A stretch of 64,000 nt of DNA from an uncultured Eubacteriales bacterium (GTDB lineage Bacteria; Bacillota; Clostridia; Christensenellales; UBA1242), in assembly GCA_949878485.1 (NCBI GenBank), contig CATLAM010000002.1, forward strand, positions 55,397 through 119,396, written 5' to 3'. Within the stretch, counting starts at the first letter, position 1. Every line of letters starts with the position of its first letter. A program made the position numbers and the translations under genes. The notes beneath the pieces are model-generated. The model was given only the letters and a program-made list of their open reading frames with translations, did no database searches and had not been told where the DNA came from. Of the stretch, positions 61,201-64,000 are shown piece after piece.

Positions 61201-62807
61201 TTTACAAAAATGTAACTATCTTGAATGTTGATAATCAAATTTTCGCCAAATAAATTTAAAACTGAAATTTCCATTTTTCCATTGAAATATTTAAATTTCC
61301 CGTTTAAATCCAAGCCATTATAATCCACGACAAAGTCAAATTCATAAATTCCATTTTCAATATACACCAAGAAATTTAATACAGGAAGCAAGTTTACAGC
61401 GTCACAATATCCAGCATCATCAAACACAATTTCTTTGCCGTCATGAATGTTTGCACTTAAATTTACATTTTCAGAGTTTACTGAAACGCCATTAAGCACG
61501 CCTGCTTCTTGAGTTAAAACAATTTCAAGTCCAGCATTCCAAAGTATGCTATATTTGTTTTCAGTCATGACTGCTTGATCTGGAAGATAAGAAAGAATTT
61601 TGTTTAAATCCAATTTTTCAGAAACATCAGAAATAATGTCATTAAAGTCAAATTCACCATTTTCTGAACCATTGTTTTTCAAAATTTTTTCAATAATGCT
61701 TACAATAAATTCTTTTGTTGTCATAGATGTTGCATTTTGAATTGTTTTATCCAACGCGTCTTTAAACTTGTTATAATCTTCAACATTAAACTTAACTTTA
61801 ATATTTTCAAGTTGAACATAAACAGTTTCATCAGCATAGACAATGCAAGCATTTACGCCTTGGTTGAAATCAAACTTAACTTTAAGTCCATCAGTTCTGT
61901 CAACAGTAAGCATACCAGCATAAGTTTCGCCTTCAATTTCAAAATTCAAATCTGCAGAAACAATTTCTTTATTATTCAATTCTTTTGCATAAGAGATATA
62001 GTCCATAATGCCGTCAAGTTCAATCTCATTTTCTGGATTTTCATATTCAACAGCAAAGTTTTCGCCATTCATCACATTGACATTTGCAAATAAACTTATT
62101 CCGCCAAGTGTGCTGTGATGTGCTTTTGCAGATGTCATGTTAAAATTTTCATCACAGTAAACAAGTGCTTCAAGTTTTCCAAATTTAATGTTGAATTTAT
62201 ATGTTCCATCATCCAAAATTTCTTCTTTGGTTTCCAAACTTGAAAGAATGGTTGTGGAATCAATTTTTGTCAAATCCACACCAATAATTGCTGATACTTT
62301 AGACAAAATGGCATCAGTTTTGATGTTTACATTGTTAAGCACAAAATCCAAAACTCCTGACATATCCAAGTCTGTTGCTTTGGTTGTGTCAAACTTATAA
62401 TTTTTTCCGTTTAAAGAAAGGTGCAAACAAGAATTTACAAAGCCAGCAGAAACGGCAAATTTTTGACCATTATAAGTCAAAAGTGTTTCAAAAGCAAACT
62501 CTTGTTTTTCCATGTCAAAAGCAACTCTACTGTTTTTTGCAGAGAAATCAATGTTCCCATTTTTTACATTAAGGTCAAAATTTAAATCAATGTTTTTAAA
62601 TTTAGAAAAACTTTGCACAAACTCTGCAAAATAGTTGTCTTCTTCCGCATTAGCGCCCAAAACTGGAAGTGTAATTGGCCCAGATTCAACCTTACCAAAA
62701 ATTTGAATATAACCAAAGAAAACAAGCAAGGTCATGATAAGATAAAGGGAAAATGCTTTAAACATTCTTGGAACAAGGTTTCCAACTTTTTTAATCGGTC
62801 TTTCCAT
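58296..62807 (-). CDS. Very large N-terminally anchored acidic protein with repeated helix + beta-meander modules
   Basis: Start MERPIKK after GGAGGTG, overlapping the upstream stop; single N-terminal TM; no catalytic motif recognised. Confidence 0.85.
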   Translation of the reverse strand: MERPIKKVGNLVPRMFKAFSLYLIMTLLVFFGYIQIFGKVESGPITLPVLGANAEEDNYFAEFVQSFSKFKNIDLNFDLNVKNGNIDFSAKNSRVAFDMEKQEFAFETLLTYNGQKFAVSAGFVNSCLHLSLNGKNYKFDTTKATDLDMSGVLDFVLNNVNIKTDAILSKVSAIIGVDLTKIDSTTILSSLETKEEILDDGTYKFNIKFGKLEALVYCDENFNMTSAKAHHSTLGGISLFANVNVMNGENFAVEYENPENEIELDGIMDYISYAKELNNKEIVSADLNFEIEGETYAGMLTVDRTDGLKVKFDFNQGVNACIVYADETVYVQLENIKVKFNVEDYNKFKDALDKTIQNATSMTTKEFIVSIIEKILKNNGSENGEFDFNDIISDVSEKLDLNKILSYLPDQAVMTENKYSILWNAGLEIVLTQEAGVLNGVSVNSENVNLSANIHDGKEIVFDDAGYCDAVNLLPVLNFLVYIENGIYEFDFVVDYNGLDLNGKFKYFNGKMEISVLNLFGENLIINIQDSYIFVNYANMKFKVAVPQNQGNANINLTEILNSLTSDKLGVDIDFGGFQAVIDVLQNYTVQDFFKNLKLSANSTGVALELYYNNKVVAKLTFSNEENKLTEAQIDCSVLSGKVEVNYVENSTINVIDEKEYETYTTNLVDEILNSFKITDGIYSFSTDLAVRYSTNQFFGNLVGLLIKDDDHKGLINGYVPAVAFYTSSLGIDSYIFLVDNTVYISIAGLQVYADLNEQTISDLMEIFSQFTSSETTNVVETAEAFKVVLPSLTEIYGKWIYEFTEEDETNFGVQINIKDSLYYTSQARFYDIVAKVIMQKDGNKLLPSAITLGANIEDPNTTLNENGYKDFLLTVNGDLIEDYDLTGNKNFAVYIYNLTAGNASLISDNFVIENGELTGFVANDVVLKISEFHHYSELLPLLSAYDYLSSFNYQLGLSGSVASESQVIKINKGSDLTLKVNEITEIPNFDKDEALEEQVLTWFDNNYIKVLGDVDINIQSLKDNTDVQHKLSVFFESNDLSELYLSYSHGELVGNKEFNGRVKNSNLSKLVVMILSLMGLEIDEKTMASWGLEPCTTDFSYLQKLLKIDTDKNDDNSSIDDLLQSINNIANVLKSVKLETSEVDAYGNFNTVLSVNLKETFGDNASVKLIISNNNNGEDVVSKLDKLLISGVCVGANQLDFEIKFDEFTEDKFDYDTTKEHIDLSSITEFMDVAVSTLNTQNIAFNGSTSIGIIGIDVITVYYDMLVELSDSGDVGLYLEMVVPSFVDVTYNAGGFGNTYTVYSAYGFDKRVSTLEYKDGVLNLVQNTYGNKYTGWAAWKKRDEKITKSWKAEEIGSHIMEIFAYMLGLTDTVYNKIGDLIASMNPNPTLEETIMSYAPLFTNVGDKETLTGFSMGLEGKSLTGDANFDNMNVEIGLSDAYVVNGIEYRFIDTVSTKIGIKNGTVSIPLKLNSVTGESYVTTGGKTIYSNDYYRKQYLSKIA

Positions 62808-63751
62808 TAAATCACCTCCCCATTGCAAACTGCATCATAAGAAGGCAAATTGTCATATTGAAATGTTTCAGTGAAATCATCTGTTACACCCATATAACCA
62901 AGGCCAGAGACATACATTTTGTATTTTTCAAGATATTTAATTGAAACAAAACGAAAATCACTTCCAACTGTGACAGTCATTTTTAAACTGTCCCACTTAG
63001 GCAATTTTTCAAAACCACTGGAAAATCTGATTTCATAAGAATAATAAAAAGCAGAAAAAGCCAACAAATCTCCACTTAAACTGATGTCAAAAGAATAAGT
63101 ACCATCACTGTTTTTTGTCACCTTTGAAACAGTAGAAGCAGGACAAACTTTCGATGAAATGATGTAAGGGAAATAAGATGTAGGCTGAGTGTTAAATGCT
63201 TCTACATATTGCTTATTATTGAAAATCTGAAAGTCAGATTCATTAACTGTAAATCTGTAACCATTTTTAGGATCTTCAGCAGGATTAGTAATGTTTAATT
63301 TAGAATTTATTTTAATCTCGTCCAAATTGTCTAAATTAAATCTAACCTGAGAATGAATTGGTGGAGACATAGAGTTTGTGGAAGGACTTAATTTGTTGTA
63401 AACAAATTTTCCTTCAGTTTTCAACTTTTCACCTCTCATGTTCTGCTTAATGCCCATAGGTGCATTGACAAGTCCAGTCATAACTTTAAAGAAATCATTT
63501 TGTTGAAGATAATATTCTGCGATTTCAAAAAGTTCAACACCAGAAAAAAGAGCAATGTCTTTTCCGCCTACAGCATCACTTACAAGTTTTTCAATATCTT
63601 CTTTTTTATCTCTTAAGTCGTTTTCGTTTGCAGAGATGTTTGGGTTGGTTTCAAGTGACCCAACATAGATTTGTCCCACAGAAACACCAGTCACCAATGC
63701 AAGGGCGAAAATGACTATAAAACTCATTATTTTCCTATAATTAAGTGCCAT
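62807..63751 (-). CDS. Hypothetical secreted or membrane-anchored protein
   Basis: Start MALNYRK after GGAG; N-terminal TM; beta-rich; promoter TTGACA-17-TATATT at about 63835-63863. Confidence 0.8.
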   Translation of the reverse strand: MALNYRKIMSFIVIFALALVTGVSVGQIYVGSLETNPNISANENDLRDKKEDIEKLVSDAVGGKDIALFSGVELFEIAEYYLQQNDFFKVMTGLVNAPMGIKQNMRGEKLKTEGKFVYNKLSPSTNSMSPPIHSQVRFNLDNLDEIKINSKLNITNPAEDPKNGYRFTVNESDFQIFNNKQYVEAFNTQPTSYFPYIISSKVCPASTVSKVTKNSDGTYSFDISLSGDLLAFSAFYYSYEIRFSSGFEKLPKWDSLKMTVTVGSDFRFVSIKYLEKYKMYVSGLGYMGVTDDFTETFQYDNLPSYDAVCNGEVI

Positions 63752-63942
63752 GTATTCTCCACAACAACCGTAAAACGACTTTTGAAAGACAACCAAAAAA
63801 GATGATAATCCCCACTTTAATTATCTTTATACATAATATAACACAGAAGGCGAATTTTGTCAATTAAAAAATAGTTAAATATTTTTTAATATCTATATTC
63901 AAGCATTCGCCGTTTTACAACAAAAATCGCCAAATAATTTAA

Positions 63943-64000
63943 TTATTTTCTTGTCATTAAAACAACCGTTTCCATGTTTGCAGTGCAAGGAAACATGTCA
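63943..64000 (-). CDS. rlmD: 3' end of an RNA m5U methyltransferase (RlmD/TrmA family)
   Basis: Manual translation DMFPCTANMETVVLMTRK* matches the DMFPxTxxxE motif; partial. Confidence 0.8.
   Translation of the reverse strand, partial: DMFPCTANMETVVLMTRK

Overview
AT-rich chromosomal segment from a spore-forming Firmicute (Clostridia-like; inferred from sleB/ypeB, spoIIR, spoVG, veg, sigH and a SPOCS-type coat protein). It is mostly housekeeping: a peptidoglycan cluster (murC, alpha/beta hydrolase, membrane-extended murF, ddl, murE, mraY, murD, ftsW/spoVE), sporulation/germination genes, hup, lepB, queH, prfA, a DUF1385-PrmC fusion, rpsF-ssb-rpsR-rpmE, secA, ychF-mrnC-rlmB-sigH-glnS, tRNA-fMet, gyrB-(MazG-like)-gyrA, helD, hisS, metG and the 3' end of rlmD. 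I saw no CRISPR array, rRNA, integrase or transposase. The points most worth following up are: (i) dispersed orphan genes with consensus or near-consensus sigma-A promoters, including a 1462-aa internally duplicated protein with a hydrophobic hairpin and coiled coil, plus a lone VirB2/TrbC-like pilin; (ii) two different structured non-coding motifs, each present twice, and a stand-alone candidate sRNA; (iii) a dense DnaA-box cluster away from dnaA; (iv) a His-to-Gln Fic/Doc protein divergent from gyrB; (v) a G9 tract inside a promoter spacer; (vi) a 1500-aa repetitive membrane-anchored protein. All family assignments come from motif recognition by eye; no searches were run.
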